Shown here in pieces: positions 28,100 to 38,000 of a stretch of 64,000 bases of DNA (positions within the stretch are counted from its first letter, which is position 1; the number at the start of each line of letters is the position of its first letter). A program made the translations under genes and the position numbers. The notes beneath the pieces were generated by a model. That model did no database searches and was not told the origin of the DNA. It worked only from the letters and a program-made list of their open reading frames with translations. Source of the DNA: Candidatus Krumholzibacteriales bacterium. GTDB lineage: Bacteria > Krumholzibacteriota > Krumholzibacteriia > Krumholzibacteriales > WJIX01. The stretch lies in the NCBI GenBank assembly GCA_046483305.1, contig JAWODM010000041.1, forward strand, positions 1 through 64,000. The letters are read 5' to 3'.

Positions 28100-29440
28100 A
28101 TGTCCAGACTGCAGATACCATATAACCATGTCATTTTCTCACCGCGGGACTTTGAAGAAGACGGACTGGACTCCGTTCTCAAGGGCCTGCTGGAAAAGAG
28201 CGCCGATAATCCGGTAATCCTTGAAATTTTCAATAATCATATTCAGTATTTCCTGTTTCTGCGCGAGAGCCAGTTTTACTGGGCAGGCAAGCATTCCCAT
28301 AAAGGGTTTGCTAACATAAACATTTCGGAACTTCTAATTGAAATACGCAGGATGGAATTTCCCCACGCGGTAGCATACCAGTCGGGCATAGTACTTTTCC
28401 ATTCAATACTGGTTTATATGCAGAACAAGCCTGAGCTTAAGGTGAGCTCGACCCTGGTTGACCTGGAGGAACTGGTTGACCGCGCCGAGTCGGAGAGGAA
28501 AAATGCATTGATTACGGCCTATCAGCCCAATAACATCCTGATGCTCAGACTCAAGGATTCCAAACCGGTTGCCTTTTTCAATGAATTCTGCAAAGAGCAC
28601 CCTCCGGACCGGGATATGAGGGAGGAATTTCTGGTAGCGACTTATACTCATTCCGTTCACGCCCCTTTTGAAATAACCCTTCATTCCAACCTGGTTGTGG
28701 AAAAAGCTTATGATTCCAGGCCGATTCCGCCGGAATACCTGGACAGAATAACATCCTTCTATCTGAGTGAACCCCCCAGGCTGGTGGTAAAACTGAAGAA
28801 CCGGCCTCTGAAAACCTATAAATTCATAGGCAAGGAGCTTACCATAGGGAGGCATCCGGATAATGACATCGAGATCGATAACCTGAGCGTTTCACGAAAG
28901 CACGCAAGCATTACCATCAGGGGCAATGATTATATTGTCAATGACCTGGGAAGCAGAAACAACACTTACCTCAACGGAAAAAAGATAAAAAGTGAAGCGC
29001 TGAACAATAACGATACCATATCCATAGGGAAATATCAGATTCAATTCAAAATGCCTGAAATAAAGGAAAAAGCTCCGGTTGAAATGGACAGGACCGTTAT
29101 AATTCCCGGCTACCATAACCAGTCAGATGGGATCGATATAGACTTCAGCGACAAATCTGACTGCCCCGCCAAACTCCTCCAGAGAAAAAACCAGGAGATA
29201 CACCTGCTGGACCGGGACAGAATGGTAATAGGCAGATCCAGAAAAGCGGATATTCGTTTCACCGGCCTGCTCGCTCCCAGAGTTGAGCTTGAAATTTCCC
29301 GGGAAAACGACGAATATATAATCAAGAAAACCCGGGGGAAAAAAGATGTAAGAATAAACGGCGAGAGAATGCATGAAAAGACCCTGGAGGAAGAAGACCT
29401 CATAGCGGTCGGTTCTGAGGAGTTCGTCTTTAAGAATTAG
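28100..29440 (+). CDS. FHA-domain protein (one canonical and one degenerate FHA domain)
   Basis: IGRHPDNDI...VSRKHA...DLGSRNNTYLNG; second domain IGRSRKADI...INGE...DLIAVG. Confidence 0.9.
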   Translation: MSRLQIPYNHVIFSPRDFEEDGLDSVLKGLLEKSADNPVILEIFNNHIQYFLFLRESQFYWAGKHSHKGFANINISELLIEIRRMEFPHAVAYQSGIVLFHSILVYMQNKPELKVSSTLVDLEELVDRAESERKNALITAYQPNNILMLRLKDSKPVAFFNEFCKEHPPDRDMREEFLVATYTHSVHAPFEITLHSNLVVEKAYDSRPIPPEYLDRITSFYLSEPPRLVVKLKNRPLKTYKFIGKELTIGRHPDNDIEIDNLSVSRKHASITIRGNDYIVNDLGSRNNTYLNGKKIKSEALNNNDTISIGKYQIQFKMPEIKEKAPVEMDRTVIIPGYHNQSDGIDIDFSDKSDCPAKLLQRKNQEIHLLDRDRMVIGRSRKADIRFTGLLAPRVELEISRENDEYIIKKTRGKKDVRINGERMHEKTLEEEDLIAVGSEEFVFKN

Positions 29441-29454
29441 CAGGTCGTGATTCT

Positions 29455-30183
29455 ATGAAGATAATTGTTTTTTCCGACGTTCACGGCAACCTTGAATCTC
29501 TCCGGAGAGTGGTCGAAGAATTCAGAGCGATTGAGCCGGACCTGGTGGTATCTCTGGGAGATGTTGTCGGTTACGGGGCTCAGCCGGCAGAGTGCATCGA
29601 GCTGGTATGGAAAACCGCCGACATACTTATCTCGGGGAATCACGACTATGCGGCAGCGGGATTGACCCCCACAGATAACTTCAACCCGGTAGCCCGGAAC
29701 TCGATTAAATGGACCGCTGACGCATTGAACCAGCGGCAGATAAATTTCCTGAAGAGTTTTCAGCCCCTGGTACACCGCCGGGATTGCCTGTTCACCCATT
29801 CATCTCCTCTTTCCCCTCTGGAATGGCCATATATAACGACCCTGGCTCAATCCAGGGAGATTCTGGAAAAGACGGAGGAGAAATTCATATTCATAGGCCA
29901 TACCCATATCCCGGCGCTTATAAGTTTCGATAGCCACGGTCAAATAGAATACCTGCTCAACTCCCCGGTCAGAATCGAACCCGGTTTCAGATACCTTATA
30001 AATGCGGGTAGTGTCGGGCAGCCCAGAGACGGCATAAATGCTGCATGTTTTACCCTGCTGGATACCGACAGCGGTTTTATCGAGCAGAAGAGAGTGGAAT
30101 ACGATTTCAGAGCCACTCAGAGGGAAATACTGCATGCCGGCCTCCCCGAAAGGCTGGCATCCAGGCTCGAAAGCGGAGAATAG
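29455..30183 (+). CDS. Calcineurin-like metallophosphoesterase (putative protein phosphatase)
   Basis: SDVHGN, LGDVVGYG, GNHD, GHTH, NAGSVGQPRDG. Confidence 0.92.
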   Translation: MKIIVFSDVHGNLESLRRVVEEFRAIEPDLVVSLGDVVGYGAQPAECIELVWKTADILISGNHDYAAAGLTPTDNFNPVARNSIKWTADALNQRQINFLKSFQPLVHRRDCLFTHSSPLSPLEWPYITTLAQSREILEKTEEKFIFIGHTHIPALISFDSHGQIEYLLNSPVRIEPGFRYLINAGSVGQPRDGINAACFTLLDTDSGFIEQKRVEYDFRATQREILHAGLPERLASRLESGE

Positions 30184-30187
30184 AAAG

Positions 30188-31885
30188 ATGAAAAAGCAGA
30201 ATTACCGTGTACTGAAAACACTGACTTCCGGAAGCACTTCAGTGATTTACGAAGCCCTTCAGACATCGCTGGACAGAAAGGTAATAATAAAGAAACTTCA
30301 TCCCCATCTAACCTCCGATCCCGGTTTTATCAACCGTTTTGAAATGGAGGCCAAGACCGCGGCCTCCCTGAACCATGAAAATATAGTCAGGATAATTGAT
30401 TCCGGAAAGCAGAACGGAAGCTACTATATCGTGATGGAATTTATCGAAGGGATATCCCTTAGAAAGCTGATAGATAAATCTTCCCCCCTGGATGAGGAGG
30501 CCTCGATGCTGATCGCACACGGTATATGCATGGGGCTCAATCACGCTCACAGCCGGGGAATAATACACCGCGATATCAAACCGGCTAATATTATGATCTC
30601 AAATGAAGGTGTAGCTAAAATCACAGATTTCGGCCTGGCCAAACTGATCAGAAGCCAGGTCAATCAGACCCAGTCCGGCTCCCTGCTGGGAACGCCTCTG
30701 TATATGTCGCCGGAACAGGCGGTAGGCGGCGAAGTAGACGGAAGAAGCGATCTGTTCTCTCTCGGCACCATATGCTATGAGATGGTTACCGGCGAAAAGC
30801 CTTTCAGAGGCGGAAACTATGCCGCTGTAATCCAGAGCATACTAAGTTCATCGACGAAAGAACTCTCCAAATCCATCAGAGGGAGCTCTAAGGTCAGAAA
30901 ACTCATTATGGATGCTCTGCATAGAGATCCGGAAAAGAGATTCAGTTCCGGCGCCGAGATGGCTGCGGCGATAGAGCAAACCGTTGGTCAAGAGAAGGTT
31001 TTATCCGCCGGAGATATACTGAAATCATACCTGACCCGGAAGAGGCCCCCCGCGCCTCGAAGAAGGCGGAAAAAGAGAAACAGCGGTCGGATAATGCGGC
31101 GCACTGCGGCCTTACTTCTTATGGGGGCGATTATTCTGGCATTGCCTCTGAATCCTCATCAGATGAAGTCGGTTCTTCGCAACCTCCGCTCGGCAAACGA
31201 AAGCAGAAGCGCCGGCGAAGAGTTGAGAGCGGGGATGGAAGGAAGCGGCGGATTCGGATTTATAGAGGCAGATCCGGAACCGGCTCCCCCCTCCGACACA
31301 TCCGGAGAGGCGGAAGATAAAAGCCAGCCGGAGCCTTCCGTTGAAGAGAGCGAACCGGCTGAAAGAGCGGCTGAACATCCCGCCGTTCCGGAAGACGCCC
31401 CGGCGGAAGAGAAGACAGAACCCACTCAGGCCATTGACGAGGAAGAGAAGATTCCCTCAGGATACCTGGACGTGCACGTGAAACCCGAAGCGGCTATCTT
31501 CATAGACGGAAAGCAGGAGATCTTCGGGAACCACCTGGGGCCGATGCCTATAAAACCGGGAAGGCACAGTCTTCTTATCCGCAGAACAGGTTACGAGAAT
31601 TATACCGAAGTGATAAACATTATCGGGGATGAACTCTCCAGAAGAAGGATAAAACTGGTTCCGGTAAAGGGTAAAATAGAAATAGATACCACGGCCGGAG
31701 CCAGGCTCTTTATCGACGGAGAATTTGTTCTGGTTACTCCGGCTGCCTCGCCGGTCCTCGTTGAAGCCGGCCCCCACAGGGTCAAGCTGGTCAAGGAAGG
31801 TTTCGCCATCTGGGAAAATACGGTTGAGGTTCAGCCCCGCGGCGCCCTCCGGCTGAATATTACCATGGTGAAGGAAAAGCCCTAA
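30188..31885 (+). CDS. Hanks-type Ser/Thr protein kinase with a TM segment and two PEGA-like domains
   Basis: IIHRDIKPANI, DFGLA, GTPLYMSPEQ, SDLFSLG; TM segment, acidic linker, PEGA-like repeats; ATG at 30188. Confidence 0.93.
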   Translation: MKKQNYRVLKTLTSGSTSVIYEALQTSLDRKVIIKKLHPHLTSDPGFINRFEMEAKTAASLNHENIVRIIDSGKQNGSYYIVMEFIEGISLRKLIDKSSPLDEEASMLIAHGICMGLNHAHSRGIIHRDIKPANIMISNEGVAKITDFGLAKLIRSQVNQTQSGSLLGTPLYMSPEQAVGGEVDGRSDLFSLGTICYEMVTGEKPFRGGNYAAVIQSILSSSTKELSKSIRGSSKVRKLIMDALHRDPEKRFSSGAEMAAAIEQTVGQEKVLSAGDILKSYLTRKRPPAPRRRRKKRNSGRIMRRTAALLLMGAIILALPLNPHQMKSVLRNLRSANESRSAGEELRAGMEGSGGFGFIEADPEPAPPSDTSGEAEDKSQPEPSVEESEPAERAAEHPAVPEDAPAEEKTEPTQAIDEEEKIPSGYLDVHVKPEAAIFIDGKQEIFGNHLGPMPIKPGRHSLLIRRTGYENYTEVINIIGDELSRRRIKLVPVKGKIEIDTTAGARLFIDGEFVLVTPAASPVLVEAGPHRVKLVKEGFAIWENTVEVQPRGALRLNITMVKEKP

Positions 31886-33000
31886 CCTGCTGTCAGAAAT
31901 TCTTCAGCCGCCCTGATTACATCTTCTACCGCCACCGATTCTATCCTGTGGTCATCCGCCCGGACCGCTGTTACATTATCCACCGCCGGTTTCCACCGGC
32001 CAGGGTCTGTGGGGCCGAACACAGCCACCGACGGAGCTCCCACCGCTCCGGCTATATGCATTATTCCGGTATCGTTGCAGAGGGTAACGGCGGCGCGGGT
32101 CATCACCGACCCCAGGCATCCCACCGAAGGGCTTCTCAGAAGAACCGCTTCCGCTTGGCAACTGCGGATAAAATCACGAAAAACTTCCGCATCGGCGGGG
32201 CCTTCCACCACCACTATCCTCAGTGAATACCTGTGGGCCAGGTAATCAGCGGCGGCTGCAAAGTTTGCCGGAGGCCAGATATTAGCAACCTTGCCGGCGC
32301 CGGGATGAACCAGAATGAAATCGCCTTTTACTTCCTCCCTGATAAACCTCTCCGCCTGTTCCCTTTCACTGTCAGCCGGAACCAGCAGTGAGGAAAGGTC
32401 GGATTCTTTCACATCAAGAACGCCCAGGGGGTAAAGATTATGTTCGCTCTCATGCATACTCTCCAGCTCCCGCTCCGGCGGCAGGGGCAGTTCAATATGA
32501 TAGAACCTCTCTGACAGATCGCTTCCGAATGGGCGGCTGGTCACCCCCGCTCTGAGAGAAGCTCCGCTGGCCACCGCCAGGAGCATGCTTGTTACCGAGA
32601 AAGAAACCGTATTAAGGACTATCACCAGATCGAACCTTTTTCTTCTCAACCCGGCTATCAATCTAACCAGGGAAATCGGATTCCTGAGATAACGCTTCTT
32701 GGAATAAATAATCAATTCGTCGATAAAGGGGTTGTTTCTCACCACCTCCGCATTGATGGTTGCCGCTATAAAAGATATCTCCGCTTCGGGGAAGCGGCGC
32801 CTGATTCCCCTGAGCGCCGGAACGGCCAGCAGCATATCGCCCATCTGATTCTGCTGCCTTATCACCAGGAGTTTTCTTATCTCCCTTCCATCCAGGACTT
32901 CCGGGCCGGTTTTATCAGCGCCCAGGAAGAACCCCAGTATACCGGCAAGTAGTTTTTTCCCGCGTCTTTCCAGTACTTTTATGATTACTCTTGCCTCCAT
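31882..33000 (-). CDS. GT9-family glycosyltransferase (LPS heptosyltransferase-like)
   Basis: MGDMLL, HPGAG..W, NDTGIMHIAGA, FGPTDP..W. Confidence 0.9.
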   Translation of the reverse strand: MEARVIIKVLERRGKKLLAGILGFFLGADKTGPEVLDGREIRKLLVIRQQNQMGDMLLAVPALRGIRRRFPEAEISFIAATINAEVVRNNPFIDELIIYSKKRYLRNPISLVRLIAGLRRKRFDLVIVLNTVSFSVTSMLLAVASGASLRAGVTSRPFGSDLSERFYHIELPLPPERELESMHESEHNLYPLGVLDVKESDLSSLLVPADSEREQAERFIREEVKGDFILVHPGAGKVANIWPPANFAAAADYLAHRYSLRIVVVEGPADAEVFRDFIRSCQAEAVLLRSPSVGCLGSVMTRAAVTLCNDTGIMHIAGAVGAPSVAVFGPTDPGRWKPAVDNVTAVRADDHRIESVAVEDVIRAAEEFLTAG

Positions 33001-33047
33001 GAAAACGGTTCAGCAGTCCGTGGCGCTTTATTGCCCTCTACTCTCAT

Positions 33048-33989
33048 TCAGTACTGAGGCCGCTGCTGCTCTATCTCTTCCAGCATACGGATATAGCTGT
33101 CATACCTTTCAGAAGCTATATCCCCCCTTTCGACCGCCTCCTTTACCGCGCAACCCGGCTCCCTGTAATGAATACAGGTTTTGAAACGGCAATAATCCCT
33201 GAATTCTCCGAATTCCAGAAAATAATTCTGGAGTTCGTTCTTATCCACCAGTTCCACCCCGAAACCTCTGATTCCCGGCGTATCTCCCACGTAACCGCCT
33301 CCGCTCAGCGGATGCAGCTCCAGATGGCTGGTAGTGTGCCTTCCCTTGCCTGTCCGGGAACTCACTTTGCCGATTCTGATGTCCAGGCCGGGCTGGATAA
33401 CCGAAATGATGGTGGTTTTTCCTGAGCCGGAGGGCCCGGCCATCAGTGAAATTTTCCCTTTCATCAGAGAACTCAGCTGCTCCATCCCCTCCCCCTTCTT
33501 CGCCGAACAGGTTAAGAATTTATACCCTATACGCCTGTAAATCTCGGCGGTTTCCGACAGATCGCTCCTGTTTTCAATCAGATCGATCTTGTTAACGCAT
33601 ATCACAGGCTCAATACCTCCGTATTCTGCTCCCACAATCATCCTGTCCACCAGCCTGGCGTTCAGCTCCGGTTTCTTTACCGCGTGAATCAGGAAAACAT
33701 AATCGAGATTGGCGCCCAGAATCTTCTTCTTCCTTCCCCCCGATACCGATCTGGCGAAAACAGATTTTCTCTTTCCAACCGAGAGTATCAATCCGGTTTT
33801 CTGGTGAGAATCCTTTTCTCTATTCACCCTGAAAGTAATCCAGTCTCCCACCACCGGCAGTTTTCCCTCCCCCTCTATCCTGAACCGCCCTCTCAGGTAG
33901 CACTTGTACTCCTTCTCTCCGCTGACTACATAATAGCCCGATCCCTTGATCCTGATCAGCAACCCTTCCATTATATCTTCAGAATTCAT
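33048..33989 (-). CDS. rsgA: Ribosome small subunit-dependent GTPase A
   Basis: VVGD, NKID, GPSGSGKT, GRHTT, DTPG, CRFKTCIH..EPGC. Confidence 0.95.
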   Translation of the reverse strand: MNSEDIMEGLLIRIKGSGYYVVSGEKEYKCYLRGRFRIEGEGKLPVVGDWITFRVNREKDSHQKTGLILSVGKRKSVFARSVSGGRKKKILGANLDYVFLIHAVKKPELNARLVDRMIVGAEYGGIEPVICVNKIDLIENRSDLSETAEIYRRIGYKFLTCSAKKGEGMEQLSSLMKGKISLMAGPSGSGKTTIISVIQPGLDIRIGKVSSRTGKGRHTTSHLELHPLSGGGYVGDTPGIRGFGVELVDKNELQNYFLEFGEFRDYCRFKTCIHYREPGCAVKEAVERGDIASERYDSYIRMLEEIEQQRPQY

Positions 33990-34124
33990 TCCCTCTCTGA
34001 TTCTCCAATTAATTCGTTAAATTACGTAAATCCTGTTTTTTGCCGATAATATAAAAAAACATTTGTATTACAAAGTGTTAATTGTTATAAAATTCAGGGT
34101 AGGTTAAACAGAATTAAGGATGCC

Positions 34125-34583
34125 ATGGAAAGCAAAAAACTTATAGACCATTTCGACAAGGATCTGTGTCTCTTCAATCTGCGTTCTAAAAAGAAATTTA
34201 CCGTGCTCAATGAAATGGTGCAGCACCTGGTAAGTACCGGGAAGGTTACTGACGCCGGGCTGATTATGGAAATGCTCAGGAACAGGGAGAATCTGGGAAG
34301 CACCGGCCTGGGCAAGGGAGTTGCCTTCCCCCACGGCAAATCAGTTGCCATAAAAGAGCTTACTGTTCTGTTCGGAAGGTCTCCCTACGGGATTGACTTC
34401 GACGCGGCAGACAGCAAGGATGTTTATATATTTTTTCTGATACTGGCTCCCACTGACAGCAACGCTGAAACCTATCTTGAGCTGCTCAGCGATCTCCTGG
34501 GTATTATTAAACAGCCGGATAAACTGAAGAGACTTCACGAAATCAAGAATTTTGAATCCTTGAAAGAAGTGTTGGGAGGATGA
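34125..34583 (+). CDS. PTS EIIA domain protein (Ntr/fructose type)
   Basis: RENLGSTGLGKGVAFPHGK, GIDFDAAD. Confidence 0.9.
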   Translation: MESKKLIDHFDKDLCLFNLRSKKKFTVLNEMVQHLVSTGKVTDAGLIMEMLRNRENLGSTGLGKGVAFPHGKSVAIKELTVLFGRSPYGIDFDAADSKDVYIFFLILAPTDSNAETYLELLSDLLGIIKQPDKLKRLHEIKNFESLKEVLGG

Positions 34584-34587
34584 TACC

Positions 34588-34932
34588 TTGACCGAAGATC
34601 TGAGATTTCTTCTAGCCCTGCAGGATCTGGATATAATGATAAGAGAGGTTAAAGACAAATCCACCTCCAGAGAGCTTGAGAACATGGGTTTCGAGCTTTC
34701 CGGACTCGACGAACTTAAGACCGCCCGTGAAAACCTTGCGAAACAAATATCACCGGAAATGATTAACAGGTACGAAAAGCTGAAAAAAGCTTACCAGCTT
34801 GCGATCCTGCCCATAACCGGCGATATATGTCTTGGATGTTTCGGAAAACTGCCAACCAAATTCTTTTCTTCTGAGACCAGAAGAGATATTATAACCTGCG
34901 AAAACTGCGGAAGAATCCTTTATATTATATAG
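34588..34932 (+). CDS. C4-type zinc-ribbon protein (short DUF164-like)
   Basis: LLALQDLD coiled-coil start; CLGC...CENCGRILY. Confidence 0.85.
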   Translation: MTEDLRFLLALQDLDIMIREVKDKSTSRELENMGFELSGLDELKTARENLAKQISPEMINRYEKLKKAYQLAILPITGDICLGCFGKLPTKFFSSETRRDIITCENCGRILYII

Positions 34933-34999
34933 AAATAAGCGGCTTTCAGATATGAGATGGAAAATTATTTAATTTTTCCCTTCTGTTGAATCATTTCCC

Positions 35000-35028
35000 T
35001 TGAAGTTAATAATATTTCCGGGTAAAAT
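35000..35028 (+). promoter_or_regulatory. Sigma70-type promoter for the large sigma54 activator
   Basis: TTGAAG-17 bp-TAAAAT, followed by a GAGGAG RBS. Confidence 0.5.
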
Positions 35029-35050
35029 AATTTAACAGAGGAGGGTTTCC

Positions 35051-38000
35051 ATGGAAACAACTACCGGTGAAAAGAAGAGAAAATCCCGTTTCATGATAAA
35101 TACTGATATAGGGGAATACCCCCCCTGGCAGGGTTACGACGCTACCGACCTTCTTAACGCCAATAACTACCTCCTGTTTTCCTTCCTCCCCCCCCGCAAT
35201 ATCTCCCTGTCACTGGAAGACCTGCATATGAGAAGCAATCTTTTCGGGGAACTCGACAGCGCCACACTGCCGATTCTTTCGCTGGAGAAAAACGGCAGGG
35301 AAATAATCTTTCTCCTTCGCAGATACAACCTTACCGGGCTTAAGGACCACCTGGCTAAAGCCGGTAACGGCGAACGCCTGGAAATTCTCAGGAAGATTGC
35401 GGCTACGGTATTCGCCGGATGGAACAGGGGGCTCTACTTTAACAATATTACTCTGGAGTCATTATCCATAGTGGACGGCCACCCTGTAATTCTTCCCACT
35501 GCCTATCTCATCCCTCCGGGTATCGCTGCCGGCCTGACGGAGCGGGATGCGACCGGAAATGATTCGTGCCCCCGTCTATTCGCGGACATGAGGAGCCTGG
35601 GAGAGATTTTTTCTTTCTTCCAGACTTTTTTAAGCGGGGAGGAGTCCAGATCGTGCGCGGATATCGCCGGCAAACTGAGAGATCCGGATTGCAGAGGGAC
35701 TTCCGCGGAGCTGTTCAAAACTCTTGATATGATAAAAAACTTTCTGGGGATGGAAGAAGAGTTGGGAGCCGTTACCACCAGGGAAGAACTCCTGCTGCCC
35801 CCTCCGGACAGAATTAGAGAGAAAATTGTCGAATCTCTTGAAGGAATGGAAGACGGCGGGGTAATTTTCATACGCGGGGAAAACGGAGAGGGTAAGAGTT
35901 CGCTTCTGAAGATCATACTTGACGAGATTCTCCCGGGGTACGGATTTTCCGGAAGAATGCTGAGCCAGGATCAGCTCTTCTCCGCGGAACCGGAGATTGA
36001 GCTTTCGAGAGACGAACATTCCGAATGCATCCTATTTGACGACCACCTTCAGAATCCCTTTCTGTGCTGCCATATATCTTATAAAATACTCCGGTATGCC
36101 AGGAATGGCAGCCCGGTTATATGCGCGGTGGGAAGCTCCACCCCGGAATACTTCATCGAACCTCTAATCCGGGATTGCCGGCGATACTCCATGCCGGTCG
36201 AAACGATCGAACTGCCGCAGCCGGATGAAGGGGAAAAACTTCAGTTGCTGGCCGGAAAACTCCCTCCGGAAAAATTCAGTGAGTATAATGAGAAGCCTGG
36301 TACTTCCGGAAGAATGATATGGATAAATTATGCGGTTAACCTCTTCCTTCTCAGCGGCGAAAAGGAAGCTGAGCGGCTGGATGGGCCCGCCCTTCTGAAC
36401 CGGATAGGTTCGATGGAAAAGTCCATACTTACTTTCATGGCGGTTTTCAAATTCAACATCCCCCTGGTCATACTTAAAAAGGTCTATTCCACAACCGAAG
36501 ACAGTTTTTTCCGCGCTCTCCAGAACCTGATTAACCTGGGCCTGGTCAGTGAAAAAGCCGGCGAGTCAAAACTCTCCCGGGGAACTCTCTGCCAGCTGTT
36601 CAGCCTGAGCAGCAGAACCCTGGCTGAAGAAATAAGGGGATCTATCCCCGCGGAGAGGAGAATTCAGCTTAATTCCAACATAGTAATGTTACTGGAAAAT
36701 ATTCCGGGGATCCCGTCCGCCTACAGAAACTACCACCTGCTTCACAGCGGCGAGAAAGAAAGCGCCGCGGCCAATTACTACAAAAGCTTCCGCAAATTTC
36801 TCGGCCAGGGAAGCTCAAGCTCTATAAGCTGTATATTTTCCAGCTTCAGCAACGCCGAGCTTTACAACTATCTTCCTTTGGAGATGTACGCGAAACTCCT
36901 GGTGGAAGCCGGGGACCACTTCTCATTTGCCGGGCAGTTTGACGAAGCCAGAAATTACTATGAGAAGTGCAGAGAGTATATAAGCAGCCACCGGCAGGAG
37001 AACAAGCTTCGTTCGCTCTACGTGGAAACGATAAGAAAAGAATGCGATATTCTGGAAAGAAGAGGCAACTTCCAGCAGGCAGAGAAAATTCTCAGAAGAA
37101 CCATCGAAGAATACTCCGAGCAATGCACCCTTAAAGAGTGCTCCAAACTGTACAACGACCTGGCCTGGGTGTACTACCGGCTCGGCCAGTTTGATAAATC
37201 CTGGCAGAACTGCATCAAGGTTCAGAAACTGGTGGACAAGAAAGAGCTCTACAGCGAACTTGCCCAGTCTTACAACATCATGGGGACTATAAACTGGAAC
37301 CGGAGCAAATACGAAGAAGCCATATTCTGCCACAGCAAATGCCTCAGCCTCAGAGAACAGAGCAATGACAGGGCAGGGATCGCGTCCAGCTTCAATAATC
37401 TGGGCCTGGTTTACCGATCCAGCGGAAAGGCTGAAGAAGCGATCGAATGTTTCAGTAAAAGCATGAAAATTAAGCAGAAGATTAACAACATACCGGGCCT
37501 GGCGGCTGCTTATCTGAACCTCTCGCTGGTATATCTGGACAAGGAGGATTTCGGCAGGGCTCTGGAGAATTCCGAAACCGCCTGCAGTTACGCCGAAAAG
37601 ACCGGCAACCTGGAATTGCTGGCCCAGGCATACGGCACTATCGGAGAAATCAATTACCTCAAGGGGGAATATGATACCGCCGACGATTACTACAAGAAAG
37701 CCCTGGATATCTGCCGGAAAACAAAATCAACCCGGGAAGAAGCTATCGTACTGAGAAGGATGAGCCAGCTTTACCTTGTCATGGACCAGGCGTCAATGGC
37801 AGATAATTTCCTTCGGCAGGCCCGGAAATACAACAGCAGGATCGGATCGCACCTGGAAACAGCCCTGCTCAATGAAGTGGAGGGAGAACTTCTGGTAAAA
37901 AGCGGGGAGCGGGAAGCCGGTATTTCAACACTGGAGAAGGCGGCTCTGGAACTTTCACTCCTGGGAAGAAAGAACCGCGCGGCCATCATCAATATAAAAC

